A stretch of DNA of 64,000 nucleotides from contig NC_042998.1 in NCBI RefSeq assembly GCF_006345805.1, positions 169,694,001-169,758,000 on the forward strand. The letters run 5' to 3'. The DNA comes from Octopus sinensis. Its lineage: Eukaryota. Under the pieces are notes generated by a model. The model searched no databases, was not told the origin of the DNA, and saw only the letters and a program-made list of their open reading frames with translations. Positions 1-12,229 of this stretch are shown piece by piece (within the stretch, counting starts at the first letter, position 1; each line of letters opens with the position of its first letter). Both the position numbers and the translations under genes were made by a program.

Positions 1-649
1 TGCTTGTTGTTTTGGGGCAAGTGATTAATAGTATTTCTTATTGATCAATGATGCGCATTTTCGCCCTGTTGACGAGAGCAACCAGCTGTTTATCTCAACT
101 CATTCAACACTTACATCTCTCTCTTTCTCTCCTCTTTCACATACATATGCACACACAAACAGAAGTTCACTTACTAACATTTACTAACACGCTTCACCTA
201 CTACTTTGTGTTTCTTCCATCGTTTCTACTTCCCATGAACAAGCAAATTATCTGGAAACGGAGGCGTACGCAGTGGGTGGCATTCCTCTACTTCTCAGTT
301 CACGTCTAACTCCCCTCGTTTTTGTCCCCAACTTCACCCTCATGGTACTCCTTGCACACCGCTACTTACTAAAGCCCAGTTTCCATCACTGATATGATTC
401 CCTACACAACTTGAAGCACATTTATTCTTTTACTTGCTTCACTCGTTTGACTGCGGCCATGCTGGAGCGCCGCCTGAAAGTGTGTTAGTCGAAGAAATCG
501 ACCCCAGGACTTATTCTTTGTAAGCCTAGTACTTATTTTATCGGTCTCTTTTGCCGAACCACTGAGTTACGGGGACATAAACACACCAGCATCGGTTGTC
601 AAGCGATGGCGGGGGATAAACACACACATCAATACTTACACACACACAC

Positions 650-849
650 ACACACACGTATTTATATATCCACGATCGTTAGCCACTACACACATTTTTC
701 TCTCTCCTTGTTTTTTTCTGTGTCCCTTTCTGTAGAAGAGCGTAGGCTCGAAACGTAAAAGACTTTTTTCTAATCCTGAGCGTTATATTAATACATCTGT
801 TTGTTTTGTACACCACCTGTCTTCGTCTTTTGTTTTTTTCGTAAATTCT

Positions 850-852
<3 letters not shown>
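650..852 (+). mobile_element. Short dispersed repeat, probably a Penelope-type pseudo-LTR, containing a hammerhead-like motif; second, internally deleted copy at about 1865-2015
   Basis: cgttagccactacacacatttt...ctttctgtagaagagcgtaggctcgaaacgtaaaagac...cgtcttttgtt recurs at about 1865-2015. Both copies run into (TA)n. The pLTR assignment is inferred from the ribozyme-like motif and nearby GIY-YIG fragments. Confidence 0.55.
726..761 (+). ncRNA. Candidate minimal type-I hammerhead ribozyme with variant core (CUGUAGA plus extra A)
   Basis: Stem I CTTT 726-729 / AAAG 758-761; core CTGTAGA 730-736; extra A 737; stem II GAGC-gtag-GCTC 738-749; GAA 750-752; palindromic ACGT 753-756; cleavage triplet GUA ending at 757. 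A6 is replaced by U. Confidence 0.4.
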
Positions 853-890
<38 letters not shown>

Positions 891-2019
891 AATTGAGATA
901 GGTGTTGTAAATGCAACCCTCCATGGGATAACATATATCCAATATACTGCTACTGAAGTACCCAACAAAGTTAATACATAAATGTTAAGAATTGTGATGC
1001 AATTAATTCATTTACTGTATTATATGGGCAAAGGTAAAATGTTTTACCACAAATTCATAATACAAAATAAGAAAATGGAGAAATACATCCAAATCAAATA
1101 TCAACTACCAGATAATACCCAATCACATACTTTATTAAACCACCACATAAGAAACTTTAAGGTCAAACATAATAATATAGAACACAACAGTGTACATAAA
1201 GGAGTAATATGATACAATAAGTACAATATGTATAAGAGAATATAAATATAAACTACATCTTACAGCTGTTTCGGCCATGCAGATAAGTATGTCTCATTTT
1301 ACTTATATTAGCCATTTGTGGTAGGTCAATATGTAGTTATAAATGAGACATTTACAAAAATATCCCAAGGCCTCTTCGGAGATTATGAAATACAAACCAA
1401 ATTACATATACACTTATATAAGTGTGGGTACATACCCATAATAAATCATATACATATACATATGAGTGCATATACTCATACTCATATACATATACATGTA
1501 CATAATAATATAAATAATATAAATCAATAAACATACATATGTTTCATATTCAATGTTACAGTTTTTCATCCTAATATTGTGATATTACAATGTAGAAAAC
1601 ATACACATATTAATACCCAAATGCAGATATACAGAATCAAGAGTACATTATATTAATTCATATTAATTTACAAAATGTCATTAATGTTAACATCATTACC
1701 ACTAATGCTACCAATATCATTATTCTTATTATTAATAACACTAATACTAGTAAAACAATATATAGATCCCATTATTAGCAATATAGTAGCAAAACCAAGG
1801 ACCACAATAGTACTACAGTACCATGACCTCTGACCTCTGCCTGAAGTCAGAATGCCATGATAGACCGTTAGCTCCTACACGCATTTTTTTCTCTCCTTGT
1901 TTCTTTTCTGTGTATCTTTCTGTAGGCTCGAAACATAAAAGACTTGTCCTATTTCTATTCCTATTTGTTTGTTTGTACTCCACCTGCCTTCGTCTTTTGT
2001 TTATTTTCGTAAACCTTCC

Positions 2020-2047
2020 TGTTATATATATATATATATATATTTAT

Positions 2048-2079
<32 letters not shown>

Positions 2080-2107
2080 GCACACATATATATACATATA
2101 TATATAT

Positions 2108-2194
<87 letters not shown>

Positions 2195-2215
2195 TATATA
2201 TGTATATATATTAGA
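2020..2215. repeat. Compound (TA)n/(CA)n microsatellite
   Basis: Directly visible. Similar arrays at 853-887, 10575-10605, 16257-16300, 43230-43340, 53130-53175 and 54405-54445. Confidence 0.95.
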
Positions 2216-2859
2216 AGAAATAAGGTACTCAGAAATCTGGATGGTTTTATATTTACAGATATTTATGAATATGTCACATGTTTTTATAAATCATATACTT
2301 GCGCTTGTGTGTGTGTGGGGGGGTGCCTGTGTATCTGAAAGAAGTGTCAATGGAAATGAGAGTGAAAGAAAGAAGGAAGTGAGAAAGAAGAAAAAAATGT
2401 GTTGACATCTTTGCAGCTGGTTAGTTCTTTCAATAGAAAGTGATTCTTGTCCTTTAAAAATGGTAAAACCAGGTGGCTACTCCAAGGGGTCTCTTGTTTT
2501 TCAAAAAAAATTGTCTGGATTTCTTTTCATCATTGTCCACTGAGAGAGAGAGAGAGAGTGTGTGTGTGGTGTGTGTGTGTGTGTGGGTGCCTGTATATCT
2601 GAAAGGAGTGTCAATGGAAAAGAGAAGAGAGGAAGAAGAAAAAATTGTGTTGACATCTATACCGCAGTTCAGTTCTTTCAATCCAATATTTGATTCCCCT
2701 GCTTGTATGGGTTGGAGAATCTGGATGTAAGATTGTTTCTATTTATGTATATGTACATATGTATAGTACTCTGTGTGTGTGCGTGTGTGTTTAATACAAT
2801 TTACTTTACAAAATTGGTCCTTCATCCAGTACAAATCATTACAGAAATATTTTCAGCCA

Positions 2860-3003
2860 TCTACAAATATATGGAGGGAAACAAACAGATAATATTTAAG
2901 AGTGGTCACATATTCAAAGTAAATGCAGACATCAATTGTAAGCTGCAGAATGTAATATACTGCATAACCTGCCCCACATGCAAGGAGAATTATATAAGCG
3001 AAA
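2860..3003 (+). mobile_element. Penelope-like element, GIY-YIG endonuclease N-terminal half (degenerate)
   Basis: ORF 2703-3014 ends in FKSGHIFKVNADINCKLQNVIYCITCPTCKENYISE, the NVIY-x-I-x-C-x2-C-x3-YIGE pattern of PLE GIY-YIG domains. Confidence 0.75.
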
Positions 3004-3004
3004 T

Positions 3005-4310
3005 GTGGAATTGAAAGGATTTTTTTGTTTCTGGGCTAGTCTGTCATGGTTCAGTGGTTTTTGGGACTGGTCTTGGGGGTCAGAATGGTGTGAGTGTCTC
3101 TGTGTACATCTCTATGTGGTTGTGTGTATATATACATGTCTGTATGTGGGGTCTGTTTTTGATTGGTTCCAGAGTTTGTTGTGGTGTGTGTAAATGTGTC
3201 TGTGTGTGTTTTATATTTGGTAGGATGGTGTGTGTATATGTGTGCACATTTGTGTGTGTATGTGTGTGATTAATATTTGTTAAGGTGTTGTGTGTGTGTG
3301 TTTGTTTGCGTGTATGTATGTGTGCATGTGTATGCTTGTGTGCTTTTTGTGTTGGTGGGGATGTTATGTGAGTGTGTGTGTACGTGTGTGTGTGTCTGTC
3401 TGAGTATGTTTGTGTTATGATTGTCCTGGTGTTGTGTGTATGTGTGTGATTGGTATTTGTCAGGGTGTTGTGTGTGCACATGTATGTGTGTATATGTGTT
3501 CATGTATGTGTATGTATGTGTGCATGCGTGTATGTTTGTGTGTTTTGTGTTGGTGGGGATGTTATGTGTGTGTACGTGAGTGTGAGTTGTGCCTGTCTGA
3601 GTATGTTTGTGTTTTAATTCTCCTTGTGGTGTGTGTGTGAGGGTGCATATGTATGTTTGTGTGAGTGTGTCTTGTATTTGTCGGGGAGGTGTGTGTCATT
3701 GTGTGTTTGTTGTGGTTGTTGGGATTGTATTGTGGGTATGTGTGATTTTATTACTGGGTACGGGCGTATTGTGTGTGTGTTTGTGTGGGTTGTATTGTAG
3801 TTGTGTGTGTATCTGTGTATGTGTGGGTGTGTTTGTGTGAATGTGATTTATAATTGTTGGGGTGTGTGTAGGTGTGTGCATGTACATGTTTACATATGTG
3901 TGTATATGTGTTGGCTATGGTTTCTAGAATCATATTGCAAGTGTATATATGTATGTGTTTTTTCTTGGAATGTGTGTGGGTTTGTGCTCTAGTGTGGGAA
4001 TATTGTGTATGTGTGTGTGGTTGCGTCGGAGGTTTGCATTGTTTTGTGTGTATGTTTGTTTTGGTGAGTATGTTAGAGTATGTTGAGTTGTGGTCTGTAT
4101 TTTTGAATAAGATTATTTTCCCTATTTATTTGTGTTTGGTCAGTGGTGTTATCCAGGCATTGGTATAGTGGGAAAACTAGGAATTTGGGGTTCTTGTTGT
4201 GTGCACAGAGATCTAAATGCCCACTAATTGGTATCTGTCTTGTGGTGGGATCCCTCAATTGTTGGCGGTGAACTGTCATCCTTTCTCTGAGGGTAAGGCT
4301 TGTGTGCCCT
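3005..4310 (-). mobile_element. Penelope-like element, GIY-YIG C-terminal half plus about 1 kb AC-rich 3' tract, inverted relative to the N-terminal half
   Basis: Minus strand 4310-4073 reads GHTSLTLRERMTVHRQQLRDPTTRQIPISGHLDLC...FLVFPLYQ...RENNLIQKYRPQLN. A degenerate (AC)n-rich array with about 180-200 bp internal repeats follows (3080-4070). Confidence 0.7.
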
Positions 4311-4974
4311 ATGTAATCTTTGTGGCACCCTTCACTCCTTATGGCAGAATAAAGTTGATGTATAATGTGTACAGTAAATATTCAAACATTATCACTATAT
4401 TTCCAAATCCTTCTGCATTTTGCAAGGAAATTTTGGTTTTTCAAAGTTGTCTTAGTGTATAAATCGGCCTTCCTTTTGGTGGGTTGTAAATTTTTTTCTG
4501 AAAAATTCAACTTCTGTGCTGGAAAATACAATAGATATTTCCTTAGAATCTATGAACATTCTCTGCAAGACATCCAGCATGAGTTTTCACTTTCTAAAAG
4601 TTTGAGCTTGAATAAAAGTTCAACCTTACGGTTGAAGGAGACAAGTCATAATTTTTCTAACTAAAAGGATTTGTGATTGAAAATAGGAGGGTTGATGGTG
4701 GACTGGTTACCTAACTGGGTTCAAGTGAATGGAGGAATATTTGTACATGTGTACATGTCATAGTAAGAAAGAGGAAATAGAGGAGGTTCAGAATAAATTT
4801 TATTGAGTGCATTTGTAGTTATTTTACCTTATTATAACCCTATGTAGAGACTCTTTTATTGCCTCATTCATTGTGAAGTTGAAAGCAAAAATTGTGGAGT
4901 CTTTTTGAGTAAGAGTGCTGCTTGTAGAGCCAGCTTAATTGAGGAGTGTTGATAGGGGGATTATACAAATTATT

Positions 4975-5547
4975 GGGTCTCTACCTTTTGACCTACAGTT
5001 TTAAAAAATAATTTTTTGTAACTAAACGCTTTTAAATTTCAGACACTGGTAGAATGTGTCATATAAAACATCTTTTACTCTTAGCATTTTTGAGTAAAAC
5101 TTATATTTACCAAGTTATTTCACGTTAAAGTTCTCGTATTTCAGTAATTTCAACCAATCAATGACATGTATTCAGCTGAATAAAATTACTGCTGTTGTTT
5201 GTCAACAAGAACTTCCAGCGGTGTATATTTCATTTGTCACTGTTATTTATGACAACCCTAACACACTAACCCTAAAACCAGTACAAACGCGTGAATGGTG
5301 TCATAAATAACAGTGACAAACAAAAAAATACACTCCCGATAGTTGTTGTTGACAAACAACTGCAGTAATTTTATTCAGTTGAATACACGTTATTGATTGG
5401 TTGAAATTACTAAAATATGAGAACTTTAACGTGAAATAACTTTGTAAATATAAGTTTTTCTCAAAAATGCTAAGAGTGTCCGAAATTTGAAAGTGTTTAG
5501 TTACAAAAAATTATTTTTTAAATCTGTAGGTCAAAAGGTAAAGATCC
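4975..5547. mobile_element. Foldback/MITE DNA element, almost entirely one inverted repeat, with 8-bp TSD
   Basis: Termini GGGTCTCTACC / GGTAAAGATCC. Arms of about 250-290 bp pair around a loop at about 5265-5308 containing accctaac motifs. AAATTATT lies directly on both sides (4967-4974, 5548-5555). Confidence 0.85.
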
Positions 5548-6365
5548 AAATTATTACACTACTACAGGAAACAAACTAGCAAATAAAGTAATAGTAAATC
5601 AGCAGGGCTGTAAGATAATGGTTTAGCCCTTTAGCATTCAGATTACTGTCAAATGTAATGTATGTTTCTTCACATTATTTTGAATTAAAACAGATATAAT
5701 ATTTGGGTTGGATATGGCTAGCTTAAATACTAAAGGATCAAAGTAGTATAGCTAAGCTGTCAAAAATGATGACATTTTAAAAGAAATAAATTTAAACTGG
5801 TATTTCATAAATCATCGACTTGACATATATGCCATATATTTGGTGTAGACCTTGTTTCACAACATCTCACATATTTTTGTCCCTGATGCTCACTACTATG
5901 TACTAATTTTAATCCAAACAGTCTCTTCTACCTAGCCTCATTCAATAATAGTATATTTCTACTGAAAAACTAAAAATTATTGACTCTAACTGACAAAATG
6001 TAAATTGTAGTATAATAAAATTTTCCTATTTCACCAATACTAATTTGACTACTCTTTTATATCAAAAATAATTAAGATCCAAGGTGTTCTATGAAGGAAG
6101 ATTTGTTAGAAGTAATTCTTTTTTCAACCTCAAAAAGAAGGATTATGTCTCTTATTTAGTTTATTTCTTTGAAAGAGACCAATTGTTAAGTTGTTTTATG
6201 TATTCAGTCATTTGGTTTTAATTTTGATGTATTTTTGTTCATAGCCTTTTAATTGATAAAGCAGTTTTTATTTTTTTTAGTTTCACAAGTTTTGTCTTAT
6301 ACTTAAGTTTAACTTCTTTCATAAATAGTATAAAATAACCACAATGGTAGAACTATGGTCTTTAA

Positions 6366-6505
6366 CCCATTACTATTTAAACCAGCCATATCTGACCAAA
6401 TATTTTACCTGGTTCCAGCATCTCACACCTACTCTACCATTACATGATTAATTTTAAAAGTTGTGAATAAATAAACATTGACAGAGTAATCTGAATGCTA
6501 AAGGG
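6366..6505. mobile_element. piggyBac-like MITE (TTAA|CCC...GGG|TTAA)
   Basis: TTAA at 6362-6365 and 6506-6509, with CCC/GGG termini. Related fragments at about 5618-5740, 59400-59590 and 62990-63090. Confidence 0.6.
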
Positions 6506-6805
6506 TTAAAGATAAACTTTAATAGGTTAGAGTAGCATGTAACATGGTAATTTATATTGTGTATGTATATTGGGTACTTTCAGCCTATATACATAAGATT
6601 CATAATTAGTCTATTTACAAACAGAGACCTGAGTAGGTGGCACCATGTATTTACATTATAATATAATTGGTTGTACCATGAGGAGTTGGAATTAAAGGTT
6701 TTGTGTACTGATACCACAGCCCTGGTTTTGAAGGTGATTGAATTAGGCACATCCTAAAATTTAGTTTGTTTCTGCTTTGTGTTTAGAATTAGAATCTTAC
6801 TTTAA

Positions 6806-7027
6806 CCCTTTTGATCCCAACCTGTCTCAGACTGCCCTTGTTTCTAAATACAAATTCACTGTTTTCAAGTGATTAATTAAATCAAAACTTTCCATCAAAA
6901 TTTCTTCTTACTCATCTATGTTCCAAACACCAGCAATAATAAAGTTATTTTGCTAAATTCTTCATTAATTTCAAAATTAATTGAAAGGAAGATAATGTAT
7001 TTCAACAAAAATTTAGTAACAAAAGGG
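6806..7027. mobile_element. piggyBac-like MITE with CCCTTTTG termini
   Basis: TTAA at 6802-6805 and 7028-7031; CCCTTTTG / CAAAAGGG termini. Related fragments at about 11180-11450, 13430-13570, 21880-22010 and 31560-31680. Confidence 0.65.
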
Positions 7028-9112
7028 TTAAGTGTTGGTTAAAGATATAAGGTGTAAAATTCTTCAGAAATTCCATTGCTTAGTTCAATTTGTAAATGAC
7101 ATGATAAAAATGAAGAGTTACCATTTGTGTTGTGCATGGCTTAACATCATCCATTCAACAAATAGACATTTGATTAGTAATCAAATCCTACAGAGTTGAC
7201 CACACTGGTATAATTGTCTAAATAAGGTAAAAGAAAAACAATTCTAAGAAAATGAAATAAAATAGACAATGTTGGATGAAAATAGAATTTTGAATGCACT
7301 ATAAAAAAATAATCTGAATGACATCAAGTGTTTGACAAGGAGTTATAAATAGTTCTTTTATTTGATTGGCAGGGTAGGAACCACATAAGGGCAATAATAA
7401 ACTATTAGAGCAAAAGAATGTTGGTAAAAGTTGAGTTGGAATTTTGAAGAGGTCATTTGAATGAACTAATTTTGGCAGGGAAAGTTTAGATCTGAGGTGA
7501 AAGTTAATGGTCGTGAAATTGCAGGTAGGATTTAGATGTTGATATATATATTTAGCATGGAAGTATGTGCTATTTTCACAGTCAGTGCAGTTGAAACTTT
7601 CTAATAGCATGAATGTCAGAAAGAATAAAATAGGTCTCCAGAAAATGTGATTTGTCTCCTCCCAACAAGAAATCCTACATGGAGAGCTTGCTAGCTTACA
7701 AGTGGTGTCTGAATCTGGGTCTGTTCCAAAAACATTTCTTTGCTTCTTCATTTGTTTATATTTTATAATTACTTTTTAAGTATAGCTGTCTTTATTTAAA
7801 TATTGTTGACAAAAAAAAATTGTCTTAAAAAATTATCCAATTTTTAGTTTCCTTCCCACCACTACCATTACTAATATCACCACCACCATTACCACACCAC
7901 CAACACTACTACTACTACTATTATTACACTATCATCATTATTTCTCACACTCGCGTAAGTTAAACATCATACTATTTTTTATACTATGTTCTAACTTACT
8001 CATTTTATTTTTGTTATTAATTTTGCTTCAGTTGTATAACTAAACTGAAACCTTTTGTTTGATTTTCTCTTAATTTTTTCTGTAATAGTGTAGATAAACA
8101 AGTTCTTTTTTTGGCAGATTTGGACATTTGCATATTTTAAGAGCATTTGTTATTATTTTGGTGCAGGTTGGTCTGATTGAGTAGACTTAAGACTTTTCAG
8201 CTGTAACCATCCCATCTCGTTTTCAAATAGTGTAACTTTAACTACATGAACACTCATCATTTTTCTTTGATGCTAATTTGGCCTATGAGAGGGATTTAGT
8301 CATTATCTCTAGCAGATCAAGTGACCATTATAAAAGCTTCATTAGGGCTCATTTAGGAAGTGGTTTATATGGGTTGATGCTCTTTTTATTGTTAATCAAC
8401 TACAATCAGAGTTTATTGCCAGACAGAAAAATTACAACAGGTAACAGTGTATATGTGGCCCAGGGGTACAGTGCAGTGGTTGTTTATGTTAATATCTACT
8501 TGATGTTTTTTTTCCCTCCTATGTGTATTAGACCAGGCTTTGTATTGTGTTCTTGAACAAAAACACTTCATCTCATGTTGCTCCAGTCAACTCGGCTCTG
8601 AGTAACCTTGTGACAGACTGCTTTAGGGGAAATGTGATTTTGGTCACTTATATGGCTTGAAAACTGAGTAACCAGCCCTATGCATCCTTGGATTCAAGAC
8701 AGTACTTACTTTATGTGCACTAAATTGACAGGTTTTTATCATTAACAATCACTTTATCAACTATACAAATGTGTAGAAGCATGAATATCACATCATCTAC
8801 GATTGGAGTAAATATTTTGGGATTAGTTATTCTTTCAATGCCAATTGCAAAGTGTTGAGGGATAAGCAGGTCTTATAAGATTTGAGACTGATATTAGTTG
8901 GTAATCTTACAGATATTTGTAAAGCAGCATCATTAGCATGTCAGATGAAATGCTTAGTTTGACTTTGCTTTTCATCCTTTCGGGGTTGATAAAATAAGTA
9001 CCAGTGTACTTAGCCCTTCTCCCAAACCTGCTAACTTAAAGTCAATCTTACAGATATTTGTGGTCACTTGAATGAGTTTTACAGTGTGCTCTTTATATTC
9101 ATATAAATATCG

Positions 9113-9470
9113 AAACTTCTTTCATTAGCCAACTTATATTTGCATCAGAAAAAAAAACCCCTGAAATACTAAGTCCTTTTCTAATTCTATAAGTCGACTC
9201 TACTGTATTTTTATATCATACAAGTTGAAGTTTTCAGACCAAAATTTAGTCAAAAAAGGTAGGATAACTTATACACTAAGACAAAATTGGAAAACTTCTT
9301 TCATTAGCCAACTTATATTTGCATCAGAAAAAAAAAACCCCTGAAATACTAAGTCCTTTTCTAATTCTATAAGTCGACTCTACTGTATTTTTATATCATA
9401 CAAGTTGAAGTTTTCAGACCAAAATTTAGTCAAAAAAGGTAGGACAACTTATACACTAAGACAAAATTGG
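9113..9470. repeat. Near-perfect tandem duplication of a 178-180 bp unit
   Basis: aaacttctttcattagcc...gacaaaattgg occurs at 9113-9290 and 9292-9470. I see only one poly-A length difference and one T/C difference. Confidence 0.9.
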
Positions 9471-10572
9471 AGGACCAAAAGTTCTATGTGAAATGTAGTA
9501 AGATTTGAAAAGATAGTGATGATGTTTGAATGTTTACACTATATACTATTTTGACTAGTATACAGAAAATGTATAGTAATAATTAAAATCTTGTGATAAA
9601 TAGACTCAACTGTCTTTCATTGCAAATATTTTCATTTATCTCCTAATAAACAAATACTCTTTGTGATTTAAGCAATCTCCTATGGTTGGTCAGTGTCCAT
9701 TTTACAGCAGTCACATAATTTATTTGATATTATCATCATCCTCATCAGTTTAATGTCCACTTTTTCATGGTTGCATAGTTTCGATGGAGCTTATTCAGAC
9801 AGATGTCTCAAGTGTCCTGTCTCTCTCCGACCTTCACTTGTTTCCAAGCAGGATAGTGTTTCTCTATGGCTGGACATGTATACATGGAAATGAGAAAATG
9901 AATGACAAAACTTGTTTAACAGTTAGGCTTGTTTACAACTTGGGTTTTGGTGTCAAAACAAGGAGAAACAAATACACACACATGCACACACATGATGAAC
10001 TTCTTTCAGTTTCTGTCTACCAAATCTACTCTCAAGGCTTTGGTCAACCTGGAGCTATAGTAGAAACACTTGTCCAAGACACCATGCAGTGGAACTCTGT
10101 GTATGTGTGTGTTAAAAAGTTTGCTTCCCAACCACATGGTTCTGAGTTCAGTCCCATTGCATGTACCTTGCCCAAGTTGCCACGCAGTGGGACTGAACCC
10201 AGAACCATGTGGTTGGTAAGCAAGCTACTTACCACACAGCCACTAAATCTTTATTTAACTTCAATTCCTAGTTATTCTGAAAACATGTAAACTGAAATTA
10301 TAAAAATATGAATGATGCAACAAACCCTCTATCCATAAAATCACTAGCCTTGCTTCAAAACTTGAAACCATTAATATTACTATTATCTTAATACTATTAG
10401 GCTGGCACAGATGGTAACCTACTGAGTAGTAGATAATTTTATTGATTAATGACTAATTTCAAATCCTGCCAGTCATCATCAACATTGCATTTTATCCTAT
10501 TGTTGGTCTGTAGAAATATTTACTATATTCAGTTCAACAGACCACAGCTGCTCCACCATATCATCATCATCA

Positions 10573-10610
<38 letters not shown>

Positions 10611-10638
10611 CAAATTATATTACTGAGAAATTTATACA

Positions 10639-11045
10639 GGTGTAGGAGTGGCTGTGTGGTAAGTAGTTTGCTTACGAACCACATGGTTCCGGGTTCAGTC
10701 CCACTGCGTGGCACCTTGGGCAAGTGTCTTCTACTACAGCCTTGGGCCGACCAAAGCCTTGTGAGTGGATTTGGTAGACGGAAACTGAAAGAAGCCCGTC
10801 GTATATATTTATATATATGTGTGTGTACATATGTTTGTGTGTCTGTGTTTGTCCCCCCAACATCGCTTGACAGTCAATGCTGGTGTGTTTAGGTCCCTGT
10901 AACTTAGCGGTTCGGCAAAAGAGATCGATAGAATAAGTACTAGGCTTACAAAGAATAAGTCCTGGGGTCGATTTGTTTGATTAAAGGTGGTGCTCCAGCA
11001 TGGCCACAATCAAATGACTGAAACAAGTAAAAGAGTAAAGAGAGT
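10639..11045 (+). mobile_element. Full-length bipartite tRNA-head SINE (family A: head, TA/TG microsatellite, 3' body)
   Basis: ggagtggctgtgtggtaag...ggttcagtcccactgcg...aaagaagcccgtcg[TA/TG]n...gcggttcggcaaaagag...tgactgaaacaagtaaaagag. Other whole or partial copies at about 430-640(-), 9980-10245(-), 14570-14730, 28490-28620, 31340-31555, 36237-36420, 36440-36620(-), 48124-48524, 51060-51335 and 59940-60097 + 61360-61565. Confidence 0.85.
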
Positions 11046-11814
11046 CAGCATGTCACCAACTGACCAAGGTACACCAAAACCCAAGTCACATGGTGAGCAG
11101 AGATGATGACAACAACAGGACTCTTTGCTTAGTATAGAGGATTTGGTTCCATTGAATTATGCTTTTCCTTTTAGACAATGATACTGTTAAATACTTTCAG
11201 GTTCCTACATCTACAATACTTCCATTCCTTTAAAAATTTACCCTTTTGTTATCATATTTCTCTTGAAATACACTGCTTTTATTGCAAATAATTTAGAAAA
11301 TAAGAAAAAACTTATTAAAGCAACTTGATCATTATTAAGCTGGTGTTTTGAGCATAATTTAACATGAAATTTTGAAGGAAGGTTTTAACTTAGATCAGTT
11401 TAAAACAAGAAGTTTGCATCCTAGAACCAGGGGCAGTTTTGCTCAGGTTATCAAAGCATTAATTTCATTTTCTTTTTTAGGGTTAGTAACTTTCTACTTA
11501 GGGTTAGTAACTTTCTACTTACAATCAACAAAATTGGATGCAGGAGTTAGAATAATGGCTAGTATTAGTGCTAAAATAATAAGTTGATCTTGTTTTTGTT
11601 GAACAGCTGAGAAGCATTTTATCGACTTCAGTCCAGAGTTGATTTCATTATGTTGTGCATGTCTGCATTCCTGTTTATCTAGAACAGCATGGGCTTTCTT
11701 TTTTGAAAAGTGGGCTGCATGAGACATGGCTCATCACCAGGCAGGCCACACTACTAAAAAGGTTTAATGTAATATTTCATTAGAAAGTCCTCAGTTTGCT
11801 TAAGACTTACATAT

Positions 11815-12130
11815 GGCATTCCATCAGTTACAAGAATGAGGGTTCCGTTGATCCGATCAACCAAACAGCTTGCTTGTGAAATTAATGTACAAGTGGCTGA
11901 GCACTCCACAGACATGCACACCTCTAACGTAGTTCTCAGGGAGATTCAGTGTGACACAGAAGTAACAAAGCTGGCCCTTTGAAGTACAGGTACTACTCAT
12001 TTTTGACAGCTGAGTGGACTGGAGCAACTTGAAATAAAGTGTCTTGCTCAAGGACACAATGTGTCACTGGGTATTGAACTCACAACTTTACGATTGTGAG
12101 CCAAATACGCTAACCACTTAGCCATGCACC
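11815..12130 (-). mobile_element. tRNA-head SINE, core B + tail X
   Basis: Minus strand: gcatggctaagtggttagcg...gtccttgagcaagacactt...gctccagtccactcagctg...tttcaaagggccagc-like segment...gatcaacggaaccctc. Related copies at about 56345-56610(-) and 57645-57890(+). Confidence 0.75.
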
Positions 12131-12229
12131 TTCAAATGACTATGACTGATCTAGAAGTAACTGACATATTACATAACCAAAGAGATATGTAGTTGATAGT
12201 AAGAGAAACTCTTTGATGTTGTCCTCCAT

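Noticed and set aside
1823-4168. Many 60-170 aa ORFs rich in Y/I/H/T or C/V
   Set aside because: They are translations of (TA)n, (CA)n and (TG)n arrays. Only the two GIY-YIG fragments are meaningful.
7299-7751. 150-aa minus-strand ORF in non-repeat DNA
   Set aside because: No recognisable domain, no convincing splice signals, and AT-rich codon use like the flanking DNA.
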